A stretch of DNA of 20,950 nt from a virus (IMGVR_UViG_3300021426_000007:64001-84950), one strand, 5' to 3'; positions 8,471-15,762 are shown, counted from the stretch's first letter. Notes: generated by a model not told the origin, from the letters alone. A program made the numbers and translations.

Positions 8471-8671
8471 TTAGCCCTCCTGGTATATGATGTTGAGCAT
8501 AAAGTGTTTTAGTTTTTCTATCATCTCATTCACTATTATGGCTTTTGGCGGAGCAAGCCTATCTACTACGACACTGTAATCTGTGCGAATCGGATCTTCG
8601 AGTCTGTGCGCTACCCCTTTTTCGTCGATGTATTCATGGGTAAGAATAAGTCTGTATCTCTCAAAAGTCAT
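8471..8671 (-). CDS. Hypothetical protein
   Basis: GGAGG RBS; ATGA overlap with the upstream stop. Confidence 0.7.
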   Translation of the reverse strand: MTFERYRLILTHEYIDEKGVAHRLEDPIRTDYSVVVDRLAPPKAIIVNEMIEKLKHFMLNIIYQEG

Positions 8672-8901
8672 GTTTCCTCCTCTGCCTTGTGCAAACGCTG
8701 ATTCAACTCCATAACAAGCGCTGGAACTTCAATCGCCGTCATGCGTTCGCCGCCAACGGCATAGGCAATTTCCGCGCAGTTACCAACGATGCACTTTACA
8801 AAGTCTTCCCATTCCTCGTCCCGCCAGTGAACGGCAGTGTAATAGATTGCCGCAAGCTGTTTGGCAATTTCGACTTGCTTCTTTCTGGTGATTATTGTCA
8901 T
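8668..8901 (-). CDS. Hypothetical protein (77 aa; start MTIITRK)
   Basis: ATGA coupling on both sides. Confidence 0.7.
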   Translation of the reverse strand: MTIITRKKQVEIAKQLAAIYYTAVHWRDEEWEDFVKCIVGNCAEIAYAVGGERMTAIEVPALVMELNQRLHKAEEET

Positions 8902-9218
8902 GTCTCGCCCTCCGCTTCGATGATGGTTGGGGCATTCAAAAGCGCGTCCCAGCAATCAGAAACGCCTTGCCCGTATTCCCAATTAAGGCTGAACTGCCCT
9001 ATTATATGTTGTAATTCTTCTCGGTCAATCAGATCGCCGTGCGTTGGTACTTCAACGAGAGGACACCAGTTTGGCCTTCCGTTTTCAGCAACAGAGAAAT
9101 CCATTGCCGTTTTTTCATGTCGTTCGCAGTAAGCGGAATCAACTCCCGGAACAGCAAATTCACATTCTTGGCACGTTGCTGGCATCTCCATTTCTTTGAT
9201 ATAAACTCCCATGCTCAT
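8898..9218 (-). CDS. Phage Cys-rich protein (start MSMGVYIKEMEMP); paralogue of 8151-8468
   Basis: GGAGG RBS at the junction; CQEC, RPNWCPLVEVPTHGDLID and APTIIEAE motifs. Confidence 0.8.
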   Translation of the reverse strand: MSMGVYIKEMEMPATCQECEFAVPGVDSAYCERHEKTAMDFSVAENGRPNWCPLVEVPTHGDLIDREELQHIIGQFSLNWEYGQGVSDCWDALLNAPTIIEAEGET

Positions 9219-9430
9219 TCCTCCTTCGGCTCGCGCGTTCTGGATTTGATATATTCTTCTTCGTAATTCTCCCCACATTCTGGACAGTAATACATCCAGT
9301 CACCACTGTGTTCATATCTAATAGTTCGTAGTTTTCGGCCGATTGTTCCATTTTTACGAAGATAATAGACCGTTCCGTAATTGCCGATGGCCTCGGCAAC
9401 AATACGGCCACCACACTTCTCGCAGATCAT
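9215..9430 (-). CDS. Zn-ribbon protein (71 aa; MICEKCGG...YCPECG)
   Basis: Two CxxC pairs; GGAGG RBS; ATGA coupling. Confidence 0.8.
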   Translation of the reverse strand: MICEKCGGRIVAEAIGNYGTVYYLRKNGTIGRKLRTIRYEHSGDWMYYCPECGENYEEEYIKSRTREPKEE

Positions 9431-9783
9431 ATTTCCTCCTCCGGCGGTTCTGGTAGCGGCATCCAATGGGTGACAAACCCTTCTTCTGTCAGATACAGTC
9501 GGCCCATAAGGCAATCCTGCCAAGTTCCTTTGTAGTAATTTGCCGCCGCAATTCGGCTGTTATCCGCATATTTCAGATAAGCCAGAACATCGCTTCCATC
9601 TTCCGGCAACCGATCTGTAACAGGAATCCAACGGGGCTTGCTCAGTTCCTCAATGACATCGGCTGCTTCGTTGTACAGTTTTGCCGTTGCATTCCCTTCA
9701 CTGTGAGGTAGCAAAATAGCAAGAGCCTCGCTCATCTTTGCGGCATCTCTCAGCCGCTTTACCAGTTCGTCATACTTACTCAT
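9427..9783 (-). CDS. DUF551 domain protein (start MSKYDELVKRLR)
   Basis: WIPVTDRLPE...VTHWMPLPEPP signature; GGAGG RBS. Confidence 0.85.
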   Translation of the reverse strand: MSKYDELVKRLRDAAKMSEALAILLPHSEGNATAKLYNEAADVIEELSKPRWIPVTDRLPEDGSDVLAYLKYADNSRIAAANYYKGTWQDCLMGRLYLTEEGFVTHWMPLPEPPEEEI

Positions 9784-10045
9784 CTTCGTCCTCCCACTCA
9801 TACACCCATTTCCCGTCTTTGTCTCCGATAATGCCGAGCTTGTGTAGTCTTCTACAAGCAAATTCTGGAAAAACAACCCACCAATCACCATCAGACATGA
9901 TATCTTTTGCAACCCAATTGGCAAACGCTACCAAGGATTCTATCGCATCCGAAGCTTCTTTTAGGACATTCGCTGCTTCTTCGAAACTTACCGTTTCGCA
10001 CATTGCTTCGATTTCTCTAAGCTTTGTTATCAGTTCGTCATACAT
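9776..10045 (-). CDS. Hypothetical protein with an MYDEL helical N-module (89 aa)
   Basis: GGAGGG RBS inside the 49-bp repeat; N-terminus shared with neighbouring paralogues. Confidence 0.75.
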   Translation of the reverse strand: MYDELITKLREIEAMCETVSFEEAANVLKEASDAIESLVAFANWVAKDIMSDGDWWVVFPEFACRRLHKLGIIGDKDGKWVYEWEDEDE

Positions 10046-10349
10046 CGTTTGCCCTCCTGTTCCATGCTTCGATAGCAAGGGAAACATACGGCCTAAACAT
10101 CTTGCTTTGCTCATCACATTTCAAGCTATTGCGAGAATAACAGTTCCCCCATTCACTGATATACGGATTAGGATTCACAAGCCAATCAGTGATAATAGGT
10201 TTTCCTCTGCTTCTGCACCTGTTGCAAATGACCTGCACACGATATTTTGCTCTTCTGTCCCCATTAAAATTCTTGCCCCCAAACTTGTAATCTTTAAAAG
10301 ATACTTTTCCCTTCCAGCCGCAGAAGGGACATGGTTTCAGTTCACTCAT
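10038..10349 (-). CDS. Lar-family (restriction alleviation-like) Zn-finger protein
   Basis: MSELKPCPFCG...CNRC...AIEAWNRRA signature. Confidence 0.8.
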   Translation of the reverse strand: MSELKPCPFCGWKGKVSFKDYKFGGKNFNGDRRAKYRVQVICNRCRSRGKPIITDWLVNPNPYISEWGNCYSRNSLKCDEQSKMFRPYVSLAIEAWNRRANDV

Positions 10350-10549
10350 GTTTCCTCCTTCGCTTCTTCCACCATAGCGAGAAAAATCTCTGTTTCTGCA
10401 AGATTGCCAATCGGTATTCCATCATTAAGCATGTCATACATCTTCACAAAATCGTCACCATATTTCTCTCGACAGACTTCCCTCAGATTTTTCTTGCGGA
10501 AAAATCTTTTGAAAAACTCTTGAGGTTTATACCATGTTCCCATGCTCAT
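10346..10549 (-). CDS. Hypothetical protein
   Basis: GGAGG RBS; ATGA coupling. Confidence 0.75.
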   Translation of the reverse strand: MSMGTWYKPQEFFKRFFRKKNLREVCREKYGDDFVKMYDMLNDGIPIGNLAETEIFLAMVEEAKEET

Positions 10550-10875
10550 TCCTCCCTCGGCAGTTCTGGTAACGGCATCCAGTGGGTGATTATCACCTTA
10601 CATTTTTCATGACTGCAAGGCTCACCATCCCAATGGCACCACTCATCTTCATATCTGCAAGCAAGCAAATCAGGCCTTAATAGGTGACTGCGATAACCAA
10701 CATAACATGCCAGCACTGGTACATCATCCTCTGGCAACCGCTCTGTTACAGGAATCCATTTCGGCTTGCTTAGTTCCTCAATAACGTCAGCGGCATCGCG
10801 GACAAGTAGTGCGTCCTCGGCTTTACGCAGTTCCACGGCGAAGTTTCGCAGCTGCCCTATCAGTTCGTCATACAT
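10546..10875 (-). CDS. DUF551 domain protein (start MYDELIGQLR); paralogue of 9427-9783
   Basis: WIPVTERLPE...ITHWMPLPELP signature. Confidence 0.85.
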   Translation of the reverse strand: MYDELIGQLRNFAVELRKAEDALLVRDAADVIEELSKPKWIPVTERLPEDDVPVLACYVGYRSHLLRPDLLACRYEDEWCHWDGEPCSHEKCKVIITHWMPLPELPREE

Positions 10876-11062
10876 CGTTTGCCCTCCGGTTCCATGCTTC
10901 GATAGCTTCTTCAGCAGTTCTACCATCGCAGGTATGTACTGCTATCTCGCAATCATTTCGAATGGCACAGCGCACATAGTATCTATCACCGTATGGGGGG
11001 ACAGGTATTTTTATCAATTCTGCTTCACCCCCGCAGAAGGGGCATTTCTTCAGTATGCTCAT
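10868..11062 (-). CDS. Lar-family Zn-finger protein, second copy
   Basis: KCPFCGGEAEL...AEEAIEAWNRRA signature. Confidence 0.8.
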   Translation of the reverse strand: MSILKKCPFCGGEAELIKIPVPPYGDRYYVRCAIRNDCEIAVHTCDGRTAEEAIEAWNRRANDV

Positions 11063-11072
11063 GTTTCACCTC

Positions 11073-11213
11073 TCAATCTATTATCTCAGCATAAATATCG
11101 CACATCATTCCAAAAAGAATTCCGAATCTAAATGTTTCCATATCTCCTTGAATACCCATGACAACCCCAAAGACTGCAATAGCTACAGCACAAATATAGT
11201 AAAAAGCTTTCAT
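11073..11213 (-). CDS. Small membrane protein (46 aa, MKAFYYICAVAIAVFGVVMG...), not in the ORF track
   Basis: Translated by hand; ATGA overlap with the upstream stop; hydrophobic N-terminal half. Confidence 0.7.
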   Translation of the reverse strand: MKAFYYICAVAIAVFGVVMGIQGDMETFRFGILFGMMCDIYAEIID

Positions 11214-11482
11214 GCGTCACCTCTCATATCAGCACCGCAGTTTGTGCAGAAGTTATCAATGCGTTTTCTTTCTTTGCAAACCGAACATTGACCGACAACG
11301 TGAAAATTGTCGGTTGTTTCCTTGTGCAACCACCGCCCCCGCACCACAGGCCGCACATCAGCGGCGGGTTGTCTGTTAATTAAAGCATACACGCCCCAGT
11401 TGTCCCAACCATCTCCTGTCATCGGGCCAGATATTCTTTTCGCCTCGGCAAGTAAAGCGTCTCTATCAATGTACTCAGCCAT
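11210..11482 (-). CDS. Phage Zn-ribbon protein (MAEYIDRDAL...ADVRPVVRGRW...CSVC...NFCTNCGADM family)
   Basis: Motif order typical of this common Bacillota phage family. Confidence 0.85.
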   Translation of the reverse strand: MAEYIDRDALLAEAKRISGPMTGDGWDNWGVYALINRQPAADVRPVVRGRWLHKETTDNFHVVGQCSVCKERKRIDNFCTNCGADMRGDA

Positions 11483-11783
11483 TTTCTTTCTCCCATCGTG
11501 AGCAAAAATCATTCCACATAATACAGCCAATATTTAAAAATGAGCATGGCGCACAGCCTTGGGCATTATGTACTCCTTCATAGTATTTGCATGTATTGCA
11601 CGATCTCCGCTCGACCAGATCCCCTGTTTCATAAGCGTCCATGACAAGTGCCGCTTTCTGAAGAGCATATATCTCTCCAGTATCGAAAGGCTTTTCGATG
11701 CAGTTCTCTTCCAACTTAATTCGTTTCAGAATCAGTTCTTTGGCATGCGGGATAGACTGTTTTGGTGGGATATACTTATCCAT
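11475..11783 (-). CDS. Hypothetical protein with a C-terminal Cys cluster
   Basis: CNTC..CAPC..C..C; operon packing. Confidence 0.75.
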   Translation of the reverse strand: MDKYIPPKQSIPHAKELILKRIKLEENCIEKPFDTGEIYALQKAALVMDAYETGDLVERRSCNTCKYYEGVHNAQGCAPCSFLNIGCIMWNDFCSRWEKENG

Positions 11784-12330
11784 CTTCCTCTACCTTCCTA
11801 CTCTTCCAACACTGACCGCCAGTGCAGAGTACTACACTGCAGCACATCCAGTCCTTTTCCTTACTATCCCATGAAGCATACCGACAGGCCCAGCACTCTC
11901 CATATCCTTCAGGCTTCGGCTTCTCCGGCTTTGGCTCTTCTTTCTCTTCTAGCTTCCACCACTTCTCACGGTCTGGCTTGAGCAACTTCACGCCACAATT
12001 AGGACAGTAGTTGTTATACAATACTCTACTGCGGCAATTACTGCATTCGCCCACCCAGTAATACTCTTCTTCCTCATACCCATAAGGCTCCCACTTGGCT
12101 TCGACTTGTTTGGGTTTTGCATATTCGACACCGTCCTGGTAACCTTTATTATACATATCCCGGTCATAGTTCAGAGCTTTACGAAGTTCTACAGCATCTA
12201 CGCGTATACCTACCAACTGGCTGACCTGCTCACTGACTGCCATATCCAGAGCTTCCTGAGCCATCCTCTCGCACAGATCGATTACACCCTGATCCGGTCT
12301 CTTATCAAATTTCAACGGGCTCTCGTACAT
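11776..12330 (-). CDS. Modular phage protein with a Zn-ribbon (CSNC...NYCPNCG) and a second Cys cluster
   Basis: Motifs; abuts the upstream gene. Confidence 0.8.
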   Translation of the reverse strand: MYESPLKFDKRPDQGVIDLCERMAQEALDMAVSEQVSQLVGIRVDAVELRKALNYDRDMYNKGYQDGVEYAKPKQVEAKWEPYGYEEEEYYWVGECSNCRSRVLYNNYCPNCGVKLLKPDREKWWKLEEKEEPKPEKPKPEGYGECWACRYASWDSKEKDWMCCSVVLCTGGQCWKSRKVEEDG

Positions 12331-12738
12331 TTACGCAACATCCTCCACAAGTTCAAAGGTATATCCCTTCACCGTTCGCTTCGTTCCGTCCTTCCGCTTA
12401 TGGTACACGGCGGTACAGATAGAGTTGACATAGCAGCTGGGAAGGCCAAGTCCTTCGCAAGTCTCTCTATAGCTGTAGTATATCTCGTCCGTTTCAATAA
12501 CCCGGATCTTGGTTCGGCCACGCGTCTCACTCGGATAGCCCTCAAAAGCTTTAAGGTACAGGCCATACACACTCTTATCGACACGCGTGTCTCTACTGCC
12601 GGAGTACAGAACCACAGTTCCTTTTCCACTTGTCTTCAATATTCTTCCGGTCTTATTGTTCCGAATTCTCAAGCCGTTACTGATCGAGTACTTCGGATAC
12701 TCTTTTATTACACGCCATTCTTCTTGCATGTTAGGCAT
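12331..12738 (-). CDS. NUMOD4 plus NUMOD1-like DNA-binding protein with no HNH nuclease core
   Basis: EEWRVIKEYPKYSISN..RIRN.KTGRILK (NUMOD4-like) and IRVIETDEIYYSYRE...GYTF (NUMOD1-like); no H-N-H residues between them. Confidence 0.65.
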   Translation of the reverse strand: MPNMQEEWRVIKEYPKYSISNGLRIRNNKTGRILKTSGKGTVVLYSGSRDTRVDKSVYGLYLKAFEGYPSETRGRTKIRVIETDEIYYSYRETCEGLGLPSCYVNSICTAVYHKRKDGTKRTVKGYTFELVEDVA

Positions 12739-13720
12739 ACCTCCTAAGATTATTTTTAATACTTGCCTGGTTGATGTCTATATACTTCATCGTTGTCGAT
12801 ATGTCCTCATGCCCCATCAGAACCGAGATCTCCTGAATAGGCATACCCCTCTGAGCGAGGATGGTAGCAAAGGTATGACGGAAGCGGTGTGGGTATACCT
12901 TCTCTACATCTGCGCGTCTGCCTAGCTTCCGCATGCTTTCTTGTATTCCATCGTCAGTTAGTCTGGTAGGCTGCCTTTCGCTGACAAACAGAGCTGGATT
13001 ATTATCTTTCCTAGATTCCAAATACTTTCGCAAATGCAGTACAGTTACGAAGTCCATGTACACTACCCGTTCCTTATTGCCCTTACCTAAAACGTGTACC
13101 TCCATGGTAGAGAAATCCAGATCCTCAATATTCAATCCGCATACCTCACCAACACGGCATCCTGTACTCAGCAGGAAATTTACTAAGGCCTTGTCCCTTA
13201 GTGAATGACAAGCTTCCCTTATTTTCTCCAGATCGGTTTCAGAGAACGCTTTCTTCTTTTCCTTCCTGCATTTCACCGGACCAAGATTGGCGCATGGATT
13301 TCTGGAAATCAGCGCCTCTTTAAACAGCCAGCCGAAGAAGGAACTGTACACCCACCGGTATCCCTGTAGAGTCTTATCCCCAATACCTCGCTCTTTCTCG
13401 CTTGTCAAATAAGAACGGAGATGATATACTGTAACCTCGTTCACCGAAGCGTTTGTAGCATCCATCAGCCTGTGGATAAGGTAGGCATAGCGGCTGATGG
13501 TTCTCTCGGATTTACCTTCCGCCCTTTTCGCATCAGTGAAGGCCTTCAGTAACTCCTCTGTGTCAGCGGTTCCCTCCGTGGGTTCGCGTTGGTGAACGTC
13601 GAACATACTGAGTAAGGAAAGGAGTTCATTCGTTACAGTATCCACATCCTTGCCCGTGAGCTTATCGTACAGGTTCTTATTTAGCGCATTCAATAGAGCT
13701 TGTTTATCTTCAGCCGCCAT
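12731..13720 (-). CDS. Tyrosine recombinase (XerC/D-like, SAM-like N-domain); likely start MAAEDKQ
   Basis: Full catalytic set: TGCRVGE (R), GKGNKER (K), HRFRH, MGH, TTMKY; AAGGGAG RBS. Confidence 0.93.
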   Translation of the reverse strand: MAAEDKQALLNALNKNLYDKLTGKDVDTVTNELLSLLSMFDVHQREPTEGTADTEELLKAFTDAKRAEGKSERTISRYAYLIHRLMDATNASVNEVTVYHLRSYLTSEKERGIGDKTLQGYRWVYSSFFGWLFKEALISRNPCANLGPVKCRKEKKKAFSETDLEKIREACHSLRDKALVNFLLSTGCRVGEVCGLNIEDLDFSTMEVHVLGKGNKERVVYMDFVTVLHLRKYLESRKDNNPALFVSERQPTRLTDDGIQESMRKLGRRADVEKVYPHRFRHTFATILAQRGMPIQEISVLMGHEDISTTMKYIDINQASIKNNLRRYA

Positions 13721-13763
13721 AGAATCACTCCCTTGGTACTGTCTAGCTACTTGCACATTTCCT

Positions 13764-13812
13764 TGTCAAGTTGACTATACTCTACCAGACAATGCCTAAT
13801 ATGTCAAGTTGA
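13764..13812. promoter_or_regulatory. Candidate operator pair TGTCAAGTTGA (13764-13774 and 13802-13812)
   Basis: Exact 11-bp direct repeat with a TCAA-G-TTGA dyad; one copy covers the -35 and the other the expected +1. Confidence 0.55.
13779..13807 (-). promoter_or_regulatory. SigmaA-type promoter for the leftward recombinase/accessory operon
   Basis: TTGACA (13807-13802), 17-bp spacer, extended -10 TG-G-TAGAGT (13784-13779). Confidence 0.7.
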
Positions 13813-13849
13813 AGATTGTCTACTTCGCTTTACAAGAAAGGATAAAAAA

Positions 13850-14095
13850 TTAGGTGCTCTTCCTGCCTCGGGCCTTCTTAACTTCCTGGTTATTCGGCGC
13901 GGATTTCTCAGGAAGGAACTCCATAACTAGCTCCCGGAAGAACTCTTCCAGATTTTCCTTGGTGGGGAACTCCTTATCAATCCAGCCCCTGGTCTTCGCA
14001 AGCTCCTGATCGCTGGATGTCAGTACTGCTGACGCATAAGCACCGGGCAGACCTTCGACATTGTCGTATACTTTCAATTCTAAACTATAAAGCAT
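13850..14095 (-). CDS. Hypothetical protein (81 aa; start MLYSLELK)
   Basis: GAGG RBS; basic C-terminal tail. Confidence 0.75.
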   Translation of the reverse strand: MLYSLELKVYDNVEGLPGAYASAVLTSSDQELAKTRGWIDKEFPTKENLEEFFRELVMEFLPEKSAPNNQEVKKARGRKST

Positions 14096-14297
14096 AGTCA
14101 AAATCCTCTTTATATTCTCAATTTGTAAGTCCTCTACATTACCTTTGGCGGTTTGTTAGACTTAAATATTAATGCATTAATAATTTTTTTAACGAAGTTC
14201 GTTAATTTTGACGCGTGGAGAACACGTGCCAAATCGATTTTTTGACCCCGTAAAACCCAAGTATTATGGGCATAGTTGGGGGCTTTCGATAGTAGAC

Positions 14298-14340
14298 CTC
14301 CAAAACCGTAGGCCGAGGGTTCGAAGCCTTCTTCCCCTGC
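14298..14340 (+). tRNA. 3' half of tRNA-Trp(CCA), interpreted as the attP core; not a complete tRNA gene
   Basis: CTCCAAA anticodon loop, ACCGT, variable AGGCC, T arm GAGGG-TTCGAAG-CCTTC, acceptor strand TTCCCCT-G; no matching 5' acceptor strand, D arm or 5' anticodon strand upstream; about 250 bp from the int stop. Confidence 0.85.
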
Positions 14341-14346
14341 TCCTCT

Positions 14347-14393
14347 AAAAGTTCTCAGATCTGCTTGAAACGCTCGGATCTGGGAACTTTTTT
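14347..14393 (+). terminator. Intrinsic terminator after the tRNA fragment
   Basis: AAAAGTTCTCAGATC (14347-14361) pairs with GATCTGGGAACTTTT (14377-14391), one G-U pair, T-run. Confidence 0.75.
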
Positions 14394-14592
14394 AATATCT
14401 ACGGTTACAGAAAAATAAAATTTGTAACTCAAATTATGGGAAAATTATTTGCTATTACAACTTTATTTCTCCCGGTTCGTAAATATTCGTGACAAGCACG
14501 TGCCATGCGTGACGTGTGTCACGTGAATAAAAATCAAAAACATTAGAATAATAATGCATTCATTTTTTATTCATTCCCAGTTCACAAGGGGT

Positions 14593-15699
14593 TCATATTA
14601 CCAGGGATAGGTTGGATTCAGCCATCTTTTTGGCTGTAGACTGGAGCTGCTGCTGGGCCAGATAATCGCCATAAACATTCATTGTCATGTCTGCTGTAGC
14701 GTGGCCCATCAGATACTGCACTTCTTTCGGTGTCATTCCGTTTGCCAGGCATCTCGTACAGAAGGTGTGCCGGAGCTGGTGGGGATGAACGTGAAAGTCC
14801 AGAGTCTTTTCCACATAGTCTCCGGTGGATGGCCCGCCTATTGTCCGATAATCAATCAGCTTCCACATGCTGCGGAAGGAAGACTCGGAAAGAAAGTTTC
14901 CGTCCTGCATTGCAAAGACGTAGACTGATTTTGTTCTCTGCTTTTCTTTCTTCAGTACTTCCACTACCTCGGGAGACATTGGAATTTTTCTGCGGGAGGC
15001 GTCTGTTTTCAGAAGATTGTTTACCTCGCCCTTCTTGTTGCTGTTCAGGTACACGATGCTTCTCTCAATAGACATCATATTATTTTTGAAATCTATATCC
15101 TTCCACATCAACCCAAGTGCTTCGCCCTTTCGTAGTCCGCAGAACAGCAGGACTACGATGAACGGATACACCCTGGTTCCTTTTGTAGCAGCCAGAAGAC
15201 TTCGGCACTGATCGTCGGTGAGCGGCTTAACCTTCTCAGATTTTTCCGCAGTCGGCTTCTTGTTCAGAGTTGGAGATTTCGGAATGAGGTCATTCTCAAT
15301 CGCCATATTAAAAATCTTCCCAGCATAGGAGAGTATCTTTTTCTGTCTGGATACGCTTAGCTGGGAATGCTCTCTGAGAAGTCTGTCGATGTGCATAGGC
15401 TTGATGTCCTGAATCTTCATCTTGCCAAGGGAGGGCAGTAGATAACGCGTGAATACTTCTTCTGTTGTTTCCTTTGTCCTCTTGTGAAGGTTAGGCTGGG
15501 CTTTGTAATTCTCCAGCCAGATCTCCGAAAGATCCGCAAAGGTGGCTTTGCTCCCTATGTTATAGCCTCTGTTGTATTTGCTCTGGGCCTCAGCTTTTTT
15601 CCTTTCAGCCTCCTCGATTGTCGCGCCTTCAAAGTAGAGTCTGGTTTTCTTGTCCGGTAATGTCCATGAAGTGCGATGCCGTTTTGTTGTGTTCGTCAT
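14593..15699 (-). CDS. int: Phage tyrosine integrase with an N-terminal arm-binding region
   Basis: CGLRKGE (R), HQLRH, MGH, TMNVY; three-domain length; AGGAGG RBS; adjacent att core. Confidence 0.95.
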   Translation of the reverse strand: MTNTTKRHRTSWTLPDKKTRLYFEGATIEEAERKKAEAQSKYNRGYNIGSKATFADLSEIWLENYKAQPNLHKRTKETTEEVFTRYLLPSLGKMKIQDIKPMHIDRLLREHSQLSVSRQKKILSYAGKIFNMAIENDLIPKSPTLNKKPTAEKSEKVKPLTDDQCRSLLAATKGTRVYPFIVVLLFCGLRKGEALGLMWKDIDFKNNMMSIERSIVYLNSNKKGEVNNLLKTDASRRKIPMSPEVVEVLKKEKQRTKSVYVFAMQDGNFLSESSFRSMWKLIDYRTIGGPSTGDYVEKTLDFHVHPHQLRHTFCTRCLANGMTPKEVQYLMGHATADMTMNVYGDYLAQQQLQSTAKKMAESNLSLVI

Positions 15700-15762
15700 T
15701 GGTAACTCCTCCTAATCATCATAGATCCCGCCAAAGGTAATGTAGAGGACTTACCGGCCTCT

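Larger units (their letters stand above)
10028..10906. repeat. 49-bp direct repeat (10028-10076 and 10858-10906), 1 mismatch
   Basis: TATCAGTTCGTCATACATCGTTTGCCCTCC[T/G]GTTCCATGCTTCGATAGC; copies 830 bp apart. Confidence 0.95.
14214..14523. promoter_or_regulatory. Candidate integrase arm-type sites flanking the att core
   Basis: CGTGGAgaaCACGTGCCA (14214-14231) versus CGTGACaagCACGTGCCA (14488-14505), 14/18 identical; further CGTGAC at 14508-14513 and inverted GTCACG at 14518-14523. Confidence 0.6.
14125..15754. repeat. Perfect 27-bp inverted repeat (14125-14151 and 15728-15754) enclosing attP and int
   Basis: GTAAGTCCTCTACATTACCTTTGGCGG is the exact reverse complement of CCGCCAAAGGTAATGTAGAGGACTTAC; flanking bases mismatch on both sides. 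Confidence 0.97.

Noticed and set aside
10028-10906. Diversity-generating retroelement TR/VR pair or CRISPR repeats
   Set aside because: Only two copies, and the single mismatch gives no A-specific pattern; no reverse transcriptase or cas genes; both copies are coding junctions
9427-10926. Longer ORF-track starts for many accessory genes (e.g. 9924, 10117, 10926)
   Set aside because: The extensions overlap upstream genes; internal ATGs with a clear RBS and stop/start coupling fit better
13741-13769. Second leftward promoter from the TTGACA at 13769-13764
   Set aside because: No acceptable -10 at 16-18 bp; better explained as an operator copy
14266-14343. A complete functional tRNA-Trp gene
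   Set aside because: No 5' acceptor strand, D arm or 5' anticodon strand, so only the 3' half is present
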